From contig JAWBQF010000017.1 in assembly GCA_038845975.1 (NCBI GenBank), forward strand, positions 1 to 59,504: a DNA stretch of 59,504 bases, in the 5' to 3' direction. The DNA is from Candidatus Methanomethylicia archaeon. Its GTDB lineage: Archaea; Thermoproteota; Methanomethylicia; CALHIW01. The position numbers and the translations under genes are program-made. The notes below the pieces were generated by a model, which saw only the letters and a list, made by a program, of their open reading frames with translations, was not told where the DNA came from and ran no database searches. Positions 50,404 to 59,504 of this stretch are shown piece after piece (within the stretch, counting starts at the first letter, position 1; each line of letters begins with the position of its first letter).

Positions 50404-51447
50404 TTAAATTATTATTTGGACTTTACCTACTTTTATGTTAGGGTTTCTAGTTAATGCTGTTTCAAATGCTTTTTTAGCTTCATCTATTGGGAATTGATGT
50501 GTAATGATTGGTTTTAGCTTTACCTTTCCGGATTTAACTAGATTTATTCCTACTTCATAGTCTATCCATTTATGACAGAATGAACCTATTACTCTAATTT
50601 CCCTTCGAACTATTTGAGTATAGTTTAACTGTCCAGACTCAGGGAATATAGCTACTACTATTAATTGTCCATTTTTTCTAAGCATATCGTAAGCTTCTGA
50701 AGCAGCTTTAACACTTCCTGAACACTCAATAACTACATCAGCTCCAACTCCTCCAGTTTCCTTTAAAACTCTTTCTATAGGATTTTCCTCATTAACATTT
50801 ATTGTTTCAATATTTAGGCTTCTAGCTATTTCAAGTCTTCCAATACTTGATGTTGGTCCTGTAACTATTACGTTTGCACCCATAGCTTTAGCTATTTGAG
50901 CAGTTATTAATCCAATAGGTCCAGGTCCTGTAACAACAACGAAGTCTCCAGGTTTAATTTTAGCTCTATCTACAACTGCATGCACTGAAACTGCTGTCGG
51001 TTCTAGGAGAGCTGCTTCATAGATCGATATTTCATCTGGGACCTTATGTATATGTCTACTGTTTACAGCTAGATACTCTGCAAATCCTCCATTCCTATGT
51101 ACTCCTAGAACCTTAAAGTTTGCACATATATTTGTCATATCACTTCTACAGTAGAAGCATTCACCACAATAAATTAGGGATTCAGATATTACTCTATCCC
51201 CTCTATTTAGGTTTTTAACGTTTCCCCCAACCTCCTCTATAATACCTGCAACTTCATGACCCATTACTAACGGTACTTTAGCATATCCTTTAAATCCTGC
51301 TTTCATTAGGTATACGCTTAAATCGCTTCCACATATTGATCCTGCTTTAACCCTGATTAAAACATCATTTAAGCCTACTTTAGGAGTTTCAACATCACTA
51401 ATTAATAGGCTACGTGGTTCTTCATCTGGTTTAATAACTGCCTTCAT
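50404..51447 (-). CDS. Zinc-dependent MDR alcohol/polyol dehydrogenase
   Basis: ICGSD, MGHE, CGECFYC...C, GPGPIG. Confidence 0.92.
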   Translation of the reverse strand: MKAVIKPDEEPRSLLISDVETPKVGLNDVLIRVKAGSICGSDLSVYLMKAGFKGYAKVPLVMGHEVAGIIEEVGGNVKNLNRGDRVISESLIYCGECFYCRSDMTNICANFKVLGVHRNGGFAEYLAVNSRHIHKVPDEISIYEAALLEPTAVSVHAVVDRAKIKPGDFVVVTGPGPIGLITAQIAKAMGANVIVTGPTSSIGRLEIARSLNIETINVNEENPIERVLKETGGVGADVVIECSGSVKAASEAYDMLRKNGQLIVVAIFPESGQLNYTQIVRREIRVIGSFCHKWIDYEVGINLVKSGKVKLKPIITHQFPIDEAKKAFETALTRNPNIKVGKVQIII

Positions 51448-52433
51448 CTAACCACCTCTAATACTTCAGGATTAACTATGTTAATAGGCTTCTCACCACG
51501 TAGGCATCGAGCTATTTCCTCAGCTGCTGCTATAGCCATTTTCCTCCTACACTCTATAGTAGCACTCCCAATATGTGGTGTTAATAGGATGTTTTCAAGC
51601 TTTAATATTGGATCATCTTGAGGTATAGGTTCAATCCAGTAGACATCGAGAGCTGCTCCTGTTATCTTCCTATTTACTAGAGCATCTATTAAAGCCTCTC
51701 TATCTATAACTGCTCCTCTGGCAGTATTTATTAGGAATGCTGTTCTCTTCATTAAGTCTATTTCTTTTTTACCAATTAGTCCCCTTGTTTCCTCTGTTAA
51801 TGGTACATGTATTGATACATAGTCAGATATTGAAAGCAACGTATCTAAATCTTTAAACTCTATGTCTAGCTTTTCCTCAGTCTCCCTTCTCCTAATAATA
51901 TCGTAGTATACAACTTTCATATTGAATGCTTTAGCTCTTCTAGCTACACATGTACCTATTGCTCCGAGACCAATTATTCCAAGAACTTTACCATTAACAT
52001 CAACACCCATAAACTGGTTTGGATTAAGTTCACGCCATAAACCTGTCTTTACAAATAAGTGTCCTTCATGAATTCTACGGGCTAAACATAGTATTAATCC
52101 GAATGTTAAGTCAGCAACAGTTTCTGATAGTATATCTCGTGTAATAGTTACATATATTCCTCTTCTAGTAGCTTCTTTAACATCAACGTTATCGTATCCT
52201 ACACCATGTCTAGCTATAATTTTAAGATTGCTACCTGCTGCCTCAATAACGTCTCTATCTATTTTCTCCATATCCACGACAAGTAATGCATCAATCCCCT
52301 CCCTAACCATACTGATAAGCTCACTCTTACTAAGCACTCTTGAATATGGATTTATTTTAATCTCAGCAATTCCCTCAAGAAGCTTTAAAGCATCTGTATG
52401 AATTGATCCAGTAATAAAAACTTTAGGCTTCAT
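51444..52433 (-). CDS. D-isomer-specific 2-hydroxyacid dehydrogenase (glyoxylate reductase-like)
   Basis: GVGYDNVD, GLGAIG, INTARG, AALDV, TPHIGSAT. Confidence 0.92.
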   Translation of the reverse strand: MKPKVFITGSIHTDALKLLEGIAEIKINPYSRVLSKSELISMVREGIDALLVVDMEKIDRDVIEAAGSNLKIIARHGVGYDNVDVKEATRRGIYVTITRDILSETVADLTFGLILCLARRIHEGHLFVKTGLWRELNPNQFMGVDVNGKVLGIIGLGAIGTCVARRAKAFNMKVVYYDIIRRRETEEKLDIEFKDLDTLLSISDYVSIHVPLTEETRGLIGKKEIDLMKRTAFLINTARGAVIDREALIDALVNRKITGAALDVYWIEPIPQDDPILKLENILLTPHIGSATIECRRKMAIAAAEEIARCLRGEKPINIVNPEVLEVVR

Positions 52434-52631
52434 AAAGCTCAACCTACTATATTAAACATTATATAAAAACATTACTACTTAAATATTTGAAATTTATATG
52501 TTCTAGATACTTAAAGAATACTATTCATATAGTAATTGGTAAGACATAACAACTAAATAGTAGACATATAGTATAGAAAAGTAGAATCATAAATTGTGAA
52601 ATTTAAAGTGGTTATGATGCTGAAATATTGA

Positions 52632-53813
52632 TTATAGTAATGGTCCTGTAGTATAGATTGCTATTGGTTCAATGTATCCTTTAAATGTTTCTACTATGGT
52701 TTTCTTACCGGATGCTACTTCAAGTATTTCATTGAATATTCTTTTTCCAGCTTCCTCTATTGTTTCTTCTCCTGTTAATACTTTATCTACGTGGATGTCT
52801 ATGTAGCCTTTACCTTGTGGTGCTGTTGAAACCTTTATTACAGGTATTATTGGTGTACCTGCTGATGCTGCTGGTAGCATAGGTAGTTTGAGGGGTAAAT
52901 TAAATAGCCCCATTGAAACTATGCTTATTTGACATCCTGCAGCAGTAAATCCTATAAGTGTTTCATTTGTATGCGCTGTAGAATCCATTACATATAATCC
53001 CTTACCTTTAGGTGCTTCAGCATACTCTAATACTCCCTGTATAGGTTTAGTTCCTCCCTTAATTATGGCTCCTAGTGATTTCTCCTCTATTGTTGTTAAT
53101 CCTCCCTTAATGTTTGCAGGTGTTGGCTCTGATCCTCTTATATCTATTCCTGCCTCAATGGCTCTCCACTCCATTCTACGAACTATATCGTATACTTTAT
53201 CTGCCACTTCCCTACTTACAGCTCTTCCAGCTAGAATATGTTCTGCTCCAATCATTTCCGCTGTTTCACTAATAATTACTGTTCCTCCATGCTCTATTAT
53301 CATGTCTGATGCTGCTCCAACTGATGGATTTCCAGCTAATCCTGATGATGTATCTGAACCTGCACACTTTACACCTATTGTTAGGTTAGAAGCTTCCTCC
53401 TCCTTTCTTTTTATCTTTGAGGCATAGTATACTAGTTTCCTAGTAATATCTATTCCCTTGTTGATGGTTTCGTAGAAATCCCCTATTTTCTCTACTGTAA
53501 TGACTTCTACAGGCTTGCTTGATTTAGCTATTTTATCTCCAAGCATATCCGGAGGTCTTATCTCACATCCTAAACCTACTACTAAACATGCTGCTACATT
53601 TGGATTCTTACCAATTCCAACAAGTGTTCTTATAATTTGTTCATTATCCTTCCTTCTAAGATCTCCCTCATTATGTATTATTGGAACTACATTCTTAACT
53701 CTTTCCGCAATTCTTACAGGGATTTCGTTAACGCATGAGCCTGCAGATATTACTGTAACATAGTTTCTTACACCTATAGTTCCATCAGGTCTCCTATATC
53801 CTAGGAAGCTCAT
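52632..53813 (-). CDS. UxaA/GarD/SuyB-family dehydratase/lyase large subunit, paralog A
   Basis: GYRRPDGTIGVRN, GLGCE, CAGSD, GGLTTIEEKSLG. Confidence 0.88.
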   Translation of the reverse strand: MSFLGYRRPDGTIGVRNYVTVISAGSCVNEIPVRIAERVKNVVPIIHNEGDLRRKDNEQIIRTLVGIGKNPNVAACLVVGLGCEIRPPDMLGDKIAKSSKPVEVITVEKIGDFYETINKGIDITRKLVYYASKIKRKEEEASNLTIGVKCAGSDTSSGLAGNPSVGAASDMIIEHGGTVIISETAEMIGAEHILAGRAVSREVADKVYDIVRRMEWRAIEAGIDIRGSEPTPANIKGGLTTIEEKSLGAIIKGGTKPIQGVLEYAEAPKGKGLYVMDSTAHTNETLIGFTAAGCQISIVSMGLFNLPLKLPMLPAASAGTPIIPVIKVSTAPQGKGYIDIHVDKVLTGEETIEEAGKRIFNEILEVASGKKTIVETFKGYIEPIAIYTTGPLL

Positions 53814-53830
53814 AGATTCACACCACTACT

Positions 53831-55003
53831 CTATTTTAGGAATAGTTCTAGTCTTGGATCTGGAATATAGACTGCAAAGCCTCTGTAGTTAAGAGATTCT
53901 GTTTTTGTTAATTTACCTGATGCTACCTTCACGATTTCATTGAAGATTCTTTCACCAACTTGTTTGATTGATTCTGTACCTTTAATGATTGTACCTGCAT
54001 TGATATCGATTTCTCCACTTAGTTTTTCATAGGTTTCCGGGTTACCACAGACTATGATTGTTGGTGATATAGCGTTTCCAAGTATACCTCCTATGCCTGT
54101 AGTGAATACTATTATTTGAGCACCTACAGCAGCCATATTTGTTAGGCATGGAATATCTGAATGTGTACCTTCAAGTAGGTAGAGTCCACCTTTACTAGGT
54201 CTCTCTAGAACTCTTCTACTATTCTCTAGTACCCCCTGAACTGTTTTAGTACCACCCTTTAAAACAGCTCCTAGTGATTTCTCCTCTATTGTTGAAAGTC
54301 CCCCCATTATATTTCCCTTACACATGAATTCAAGCTCTAATCCAGGTATTGTCCATTCTCTTTCTTCATTTGATATAGCTTTTAAAATTCTATTTTTCAC
54401 CTCATCATTAACTGCTCTTCTAGCAAGAACTTTTTCTGCTCCTATTGCTTCAATAGGCTCACCTAGAATAACTGTTGCACCCATATCTATAAGCATATCA
54501 ACAGCTACTCCTACAGCAGGGTTTGCAGCTATACCTGAAGTTGTATCTGATCCTCCACATTTTACACCTACAATTAGATTCTTAATATCAAATGCTTCTC
54601 TTTTAAGCTCTGAATTTTCCTCAGCCATCCTTCTAACAATTTTAACTCCCTTCGTTACTGTATTTACTATTCCACCCTCCTTTTGTACAGTTACTATTTC
54701 AACAGGTTTTCTAGATTTTGATATTTCCTCAGCTATTAGGTCTGGCTTTAGGCTTTCACATCCCATATTAACAAGCAGTATTGCTGCTACGTTTGGGTTT
54801 CTAGCAACACCACCTAATATATTTACTACCTGCTCATTTCCTACTCTTAAACATCCATAGTGATGAGTAATTGCTACTGCTTCTTTGAAGTTATTAGCAA
54901 TTTTCCTAGCTACCTCCTCGACACAATCTGTAACAGCTATTACTAGAATATGGTTTCTTACACCTATAGTTCCATCAGGTCTCCTATATCCTAGAAACTC
55001 CAT
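53831..55003 (-). CDS. UxaA/GarD/SuyB-family large subunit, paralog B
   Basis: GYRRPDGTIGVRNH, HHYGC, CGGSD, EEKSLG, FTTG. Confidence 0.88.
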   Translation of the reverse strand: MEFLGYRRPDGTIGVRNHILVIAVTDCVEEVARKIANNFKEAVAITHHYGCLRVGNEQVVNILGGVARNPNVAAILLVNMGCESLKPDLIAEEISKSRKPVEIVTVQKEGGIVNTVTKGVKIVRRMAEENSELKREAFDIKNLIVGVKCGGSDTTSGIAANPAVGVAVDMLIDMGATVILGEPIEAIGAEKVLARRAVNDEVKNRILKAISNEEREWTIPGLELEFMCKGNIMGGLSTIEEKSLGAVLKGGTKTVQGVLENSRRVLERPSKGGLYLLEGTHSDIPCLTNMAAVGAQIIVFTTGIGGILGNAISPTIIVCGNPETYEKLSGEIDINAGTIIKGTESIKQVGERIFNEIVKVASGKLTKTESLNYRGFAVYIPDPRLELFLK

Positions 55004-55004
55004 G

Positions 55005-55316
55005 CTACTTCCCCATTTCTCTTCTTAGGTATTGTGGTAGAGGCATACGTAGACTTTCAATATTATGGATATGTACATATTCCCCTCTTTCAATATCTCT
55101 TATAGCTCTACCAATAGTCTCACCATATTTCACTATATTTTCTCCACTCTTTATGTTTGTAATGGCTATTTTATGTCCGAAAGGTACTTCTCTCTTCGCC
55201 TCTACTCTATCAACTACTTCTCCATCAGCTGAAATAATAACAACAATACTACCTAAACCTATATTCTCTATAGCTGTTGCAACATTATCTTTAGGATTCA
55301 TTTTAATAGCTTTCAT
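55005..55316 (-). CDS. SAF-domain small subunit (UxaA N-terminal/SuyA-like)
   Basis: DNVATA, PFGHKIA, KYGETIG, VHIHN. Confidence 0.88.
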   Translation of the reverse strand: MKAIKMNPKDNVATAIENIGLGSIVVIISADGEVVDRVEAKREVPFGHKIAITNIKSGENIVKYGETIGRAIRDIERGEYVHIHNIESLRMPLPQYLRREMGK

Positions 55317-55365
55317 AACAACACCAAGCTCAAAATAATTCTTACCTTATAAAATTAACTAAATG

Positions 55366-56688
55366 TTAGCATTTACCGTTAGCTTTAAGTTCAGGAAGTA
55401 TTTGGGGCTCCCCATACTTATGTATTGCCGGTAGCCATCTCTCCCACCACCATCGATTCTCCCATGGCGCTCTCATGAATGTAGCGTTTGGAAGATTTAA
55501 GGATGATGCTTGAATGGGTTTATCTGCCAATCCTAATACTTTGATTCTACTTAAATCGTTAACTCCCATTTTCTTCATACTGCAAAAGTGTAGTGCAGGA
55601 ATACCTGGCCATGCAGTTATCTCGTCATTAGACCATCCTATTATCCTTGCAGCAACAGCATCGCAAGCTACAGGATCAAAACCCCCTATTAGCAGGTAGC
55701 TTCCAATTCTCTCCTTCATATCAACTGGAAATGCTTTCTCACCTATATGTGGGCCCTCCCCCTCAACACCATAGTCAGCACAAATAAGGGTAAAATCAAT
55801 TCCTCCCTGAGCTTCAAGTAGATCTGCAATTTCAGCCCCCTCCCATAAATCATATTCTGGAAACATTATAGCATTTCTATAACTATTCTTCTCAATTACT
55901 TGTAATCCTCTTCCTGCTCTTTCAGGAAAGTATTTTACTGATACTCCGTGAAGTCTCGACTTTGCAAATTTTAACGCTATCTTCTTCTTCTCACTTATAG
56001 GTAGATCTATAAATGCTTTTTCAAACTCTAGCCATTTCCTCCAGCTTCCAGCTTCAGCAGCTGCTTCTGAGGATGCACTGCTTGGTACTCCTCCTAAAGC
56101 CATGTTTTTTAGGCCTGCTGTAATTCTAGCCATTCTATGTGTTTTAAGCCTTGCAATAGATATTATAACATCTACATCAATTACTGTTTGAGGCACTATA
56201 ACCTTATCTAGTGTATATGGGTTATTTACCTTAACAATATGTTGCTTCTCATTATTAAAGTCAGCTACTTCAATAAACTCTGGTACTTCAACTTCTTCTT
56301 TGAGATTCATGGTGTTCTTAGCGTTTACGTATAGGTTTTCATAGGCATAGGTAAATGGTGATAGTGCTGGGCTTTCTCCAATGATAATTCTTCTAGCACC
56401 AGCATCTCTTACAATCTTAGCTATAGCTGTTACTACGTAGGGGTTTGTATGGTTTGCTAGAAGTGATGTAGCATATTTTTCCACTGGCCAATAGTCAGGG
56501 AAGCCTACTAGAACTGGACTTGCCCAGTTAGGCTTTATAAGTATGGTTTTGCCATTTACTAACAATGTAAATAAATCCTTATTAAGCATGTTTATAATAT
56601 TGCTTACAGCTTTCTCAATAGTATCTGGTTCAATTTCTCTAAACTTTGCAATTGCGATCTGAGAGGTAGTTGGAGTCTGCTTACTCAT
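55366..56688 (-). CDS. DUF362-domain protein
   Basis: LIKPN, TNP, IGES, LKTH...T.GLKN, EGEGP, DPVACD. Confidence 0.78.
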   Translation of the reverse strand: MSKQTPTTSQIAIAKFREIEPDTIEKAVSNIINMLNKDLFTLLVNGKTILIKPNWASPVLVGFPDYWPVEKYATSLLANHTNPYVVTAIAKIVRDAGARRIIIGESPALSPFTYAYENLYVNAKNTMNLKEEVEVPEFIEVADFNNEKQHIVKVNNPYTLDKVIVPQTVIDVDVIISIARLKTHRMARITAGLKNMALGGVPSSASSEAAAEAGSWRKWLEFEKAFIDLPISEKKKIALKFAKSRLHGVSVKYFPERAGRGLQVIEKNSYRNAIMFPEYDLWEGAEIADLLEAQGGIDFTLICADYGVEGEGPHIGEKAFPVDMKERIGSYLLIGGFDPVACDAVAARIIGWSNDEITAWPGIPALHFCSMKKMGVNDLSRIKVLGLADKPIQASSLNLPNATFMRAPWENRWWWERWLPAIHKYGEPQILPELKANGKC

Positions 56689-56759
56689 AGCTACCAGTAT
56701 TCATTACTAAACTTACATAGGGATTTATTTTAATAATAGCAATATTTTCTCTAATGTAG

Positions 56760-57916
56760 CTATAGATGTGACCATAATGTATATATAGCTATTGATCCGT
56801 ATCCTAAGGATTCTATTTTTGTTTTTTTACCTGAAGCTACGTTTATGATTTCGTCAAATACTCTCCTACCTGCTTGCTCAATTCCCTCCTCTCCCTTCAA
56901 TACTGTACTTACATCAACATCTATATATTCTTCTAGATTTATTGCTGTTTTTGGGTTTCCAGTAACCTTTATTGTTGGGGCAATAGGTGATCCGCTAGGT
57001 GATCCTCCGCCTGTAGGCATAACTATTACTGTTACGCTTGAGGAGATAAGACCTGTAAGTGCTTCGTGAGTGCGTCCAGGTCCATCCATTAGATATAGTC
57101 CCCTACCTCTAGGTTTCTCGCCATATTTTAAAACTCCCATTACTTTGCTTAACCCAGCCTTGAGAATAGCTCCTAGTGATTTCTCCTCTATTGTTGTTAT
57201 TCCTGCTTTAATGTTTCCAGGTGATGGATTAGCTCCCCTAATATCTACACCTAATGCTTTAATATGTTCCTCAACTCTTCTAGCTGTCTTAACTATTTGT
57301 CTAGCTACTTCGCTATTAACAGCTCTTCCGGCTAAAATATGCTCTGCACCAATTATCTCCGGGGTTTCAGTAAATATAGCTGTTCCTCCATGCTCTATAA
57401 TTCTATCTATTGCATTACCTACAGTAGGGTTTGCAGCTATACCTGAAGTTGTATCTGTTAATGCACATTTAACACCTACTGTTAAATTATCTATACTAAA
57501 TGGTTTACGCTTAATCTCTGAAGCGTATCGAATCATTTTCCTTACGGTTTTTATGCTTTTAGCCATGGTGTTAGCTATTCCCCTTCATCTAGAGCTATTA
57601 TTGATTCGGTAAGTTTCCCTGTGGCTGCAATATTATCTGCCAGTTTATCTGCTGAAACTTGTTCACATCCTAATCCTACAACTAGACATGCTGCTATATT
57701 TGGATTCTTACCAATTCCAATTAGTGTTCTATATGTTTGTTCTTGATCTTCCCCAAGTTGGCCGCAGCCTTGGCTATGTGTAACTGCTAATACTCCTCTT
57801 ATCTGATTTGCAATTTGGATTGTAACTGTGTTTGCACATCCTGTTGAGGGTAGAATTAGAATGTGATTTCTTACACCTATAAATCCATCTGACCGCTCAT
57901 AACCTAGAAACTCCAT
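56760..57916 (-). pseudogene. UxaA/GarD/SuyB-family large subunit, paralog C, split by a 1 bp frameshift (or a sequencing error)
   Basis: ORFs 57575-57916 and 56760-57566 are the N- and C-terminal parts. Adding one G to the G4 run (+ strand CCCC 57580-57583) gives LDEGGIANTMAK, matching QKEGGIVNTVTK in paralog B. Confidence 0.85.
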
Positions 57917-57920
57917 TTAG

Positions 57921-58205
57921 TCACCTAGCTTTTCCACGTGTACTCTCCACATTATGAATGTGTACGTGTTCTCCAATATCAATATCTAACGTAGCTATCC
58001 CTATAGTTTCACCGTACTTAATGATTTTCTCTCCTTTACATATCTTGGTTAAAGCAAATTTATGACCGAACGGTATTTCCTGCTTAACTTTAAACTGTTT
58101 TACTTCATTACCAATTCTTACTAGAATCTCTTCGTTAGGTTTTATATCTGAAATAGCTGTTGCAACATTATCCTTAGGATTTATAACAATTGCCTTAATC
58201 CCCAT
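57921..58205 (-). CDS. SAF-domain small subunit, second copy
   Basis: DNVATA, PFGHKFA, KYGETIG, HVHIHNVES; GGTGG RBS before the ATG at 58205. Confidence 0.88.
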   Translation of the reverse strand: MGIKAIVINPKDNVATAISDIKPNEEILVRIGNEVKQFKVKQEIPFGHKFALTKICKGEKIIKYGETIGIATLDIDIGEHVHIHNVESTRGKAR

Positions 58206-58753
58206 TTTAACCACCTGGAGAATATTTTATACTATAATATATTTTCTTCTATCGTAGATATAATGCTAAATTATTAGCTTAATGTTCTCCATATCGATTT
58301 GAAAATGCTTAATTACTGCTATTCTACTATAATGTTCGTGGTTTATTTATTTGGTTTAGTTTTATGGTTGTGTTACGTATTTCTTCATTTTAGTTTATTT
58401 GGCTGTAATACTTATTGAAAATATGTTTAAACATTGAAAGATTACTTAATATTCTTACCTAATAGCCTACATGTCCTAATTACACTTTACAGCTCTATGT
58501 CTAGCTGAAGCATCATAGTCTACGGTTTTAATGGTCTGTCAACTTTATTCTTTACTCATTATGCTATTAATGTAGTAGTATCTTCATATACTATGAATGC
58601 TTATGGTAGGATTGTTAAGCATTATTGTAAGCCATAATTACTCCACTTTAAAATTTACACTTATTCTAGGGATATTCTACTTAAGTTCAGGACACATTTT
58701 CAAAACAGTAGGCTTAAATACTATAGTTAAATAGTTAATAGGCTTCACTAATT

Positions 58754-59167
58754 TCATTCAGTAATTCTTCTTGTAAGCCGATCAAAATCGGAGTCGAAGG
58801 AATAGATTTCTTCAATTCCTGTATTTTTCATGATTACGTAAACTATGGCATCACTGAAACCAATACTATTTTCCTCAGCAGTTTTAAGAGCTTCAATACA
58901 GTCCTTTCTAGTTACATCAAAAACCTTTACATTTCTTGCAGTAACTAGAAATTTCATAACTCTTAAAGCATCTTTAAGCTGTAAATGACTTTCAAGTATA
59001 TTTGAGATTTCTGCAAGTTGAACTACAGTAATTCCTACTTTCTCTCCCTCATTTATTCTCTTAACAATATTTTTCGCATTTTTCTTTATTTCAATTTCAT
59101 GAGTTTTAAGTTCTCTTTTAGGTTTAATAAATGCATGGACAAATACGCTTGCATCAACGAATCTCAA
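58754..59167 (-). CDS. vapC: VapC/PIN-domain toxin
   Basis: Acidic PIN residues in FVDASVF, LAEI, SDA and YSFDSDFD. Confidence 0.88.
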   Translation of the reverse strand: MRFVDASVFVHAFIKPKRELKTHEIEIKKNAKNIVKRINEGEKVGITVVQLAEISNILESHLQLKDALRVMKFLVTARNVKVFDVTRKDCIEALKTAEENSIGFSDAIVYVIMKNTGIEEIYSFDSDFDRLTRRITE

Positions 59168-59399
59168 GCAGCTCCCTCTTTATGGATTTCCAGTTAGATA
59201 AATCTGACTTTAAATCAATTTCTATTTTATCAAATAATTCAGTTAGATCTGGAAGCTCATATGGTTCAATAAGTATTTTTTCCCCCTCAAACTTTACAAT
59301 AACCCTGCCGTTTCTAGCATATTTTTCCCTCCAATTCTTCGGTATTACTAATCTACCTAGTTTATCTATATTTTTAATTCTTACTATTTCTGTTTTCAC
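59154..59399 (-). CDS. vapB: AbrB/MazE-type VapB antitoxin
   Basis: IDKLGRLVIPK.WR swapped-hairpin motif; overlaps vapC. Confidence 0.85.
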   Translation of the reverse strand: MKTEIVRIKNIDKLGRLVIPKNWREKYARNGRVIVKFEGEKILIEPYELPDLTELFDKIEIDLKSDLSNWKSIKRELLEIR

Positions 59400-59504
59400 G
59401 ACAGAATTATAAACTGATTAGCTAAAAATTTTACGCTTTATAGTTTAACCCTCCTCTATAATATTAATTATCAACTTGAATAGGTTCAGTGTAGGCTGGG
59501 GTAG

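Noticed and set aside
57575-57577. TAG in UxaA paralog C as pyrrolysine read-through
   Set aside because: The downstream half is in another frame; a 1 bp indel explains the split.
1069-59412. Many antisense or nested ORFs in the track (e.g. 9636-10178, 31819-32439, 34301-34921, 42376-43077, 46140-46790, 54324-54860, 57070-57612)
   Set aside because: They are shadows of well-supported genes, mostly on the opposite strand, with Ser/Pro/Ile-rich composition and no motifs.
59495-59504. GCTGGGGTAG at the window end as the 5' end of a tRNA
   Set aside because: It fits the T8-A9-G10 pattern, but only 10 nt are visible; downstream sequence is needed.

Overview
AT-rich archaeal chromosome window. 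Evidence for an archaeon: Elp3, archaeal-type ThyA, split aconitase X, BRE/TATA promoters about 25-30 bp upstream of start codons, and GGTG(G/A) ribosome-binding sites inside operons. The overall style resembles a thermophilic Thermoproteota/TACK heterotroph; the lineage is inferred, not demonstrated. The coding content is mostly accessory catabolism: iorAB; two GlcD/Dld + CCG-domain Fe-S modules (one with LutB); an MtaA-family methyltransferase + corrinoid protein pair; an OYE-type flavoenzyme; two acyl-CoA dehydrogenases + ETF; a PfkB kinase; a DapA-family aldolase; an LLM + UroD-family operon; ahcY; three paralogous Nramp-like/APC transporters; a VapBC pair; and a cluster of three UxaA/GarD/SuyB large subunits, two SAF small subunits and a DUF362 protein. 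The intergenic regions hold many decayed IS6- and IS5-family elements and derived MITEs, plus a dead MntA-HepT toxin-antitoxin pair. The best candidate for an undescribed system is the UxaA x3 + SAF x2 + DUF362 cluster, whose paralogs have each lost different conserved motifs. Two genes carry single-base frameshifts. No CRISPR array, rRNA or complete tRNA was found. All calls come from reading motifs by eye; no database searches were run.
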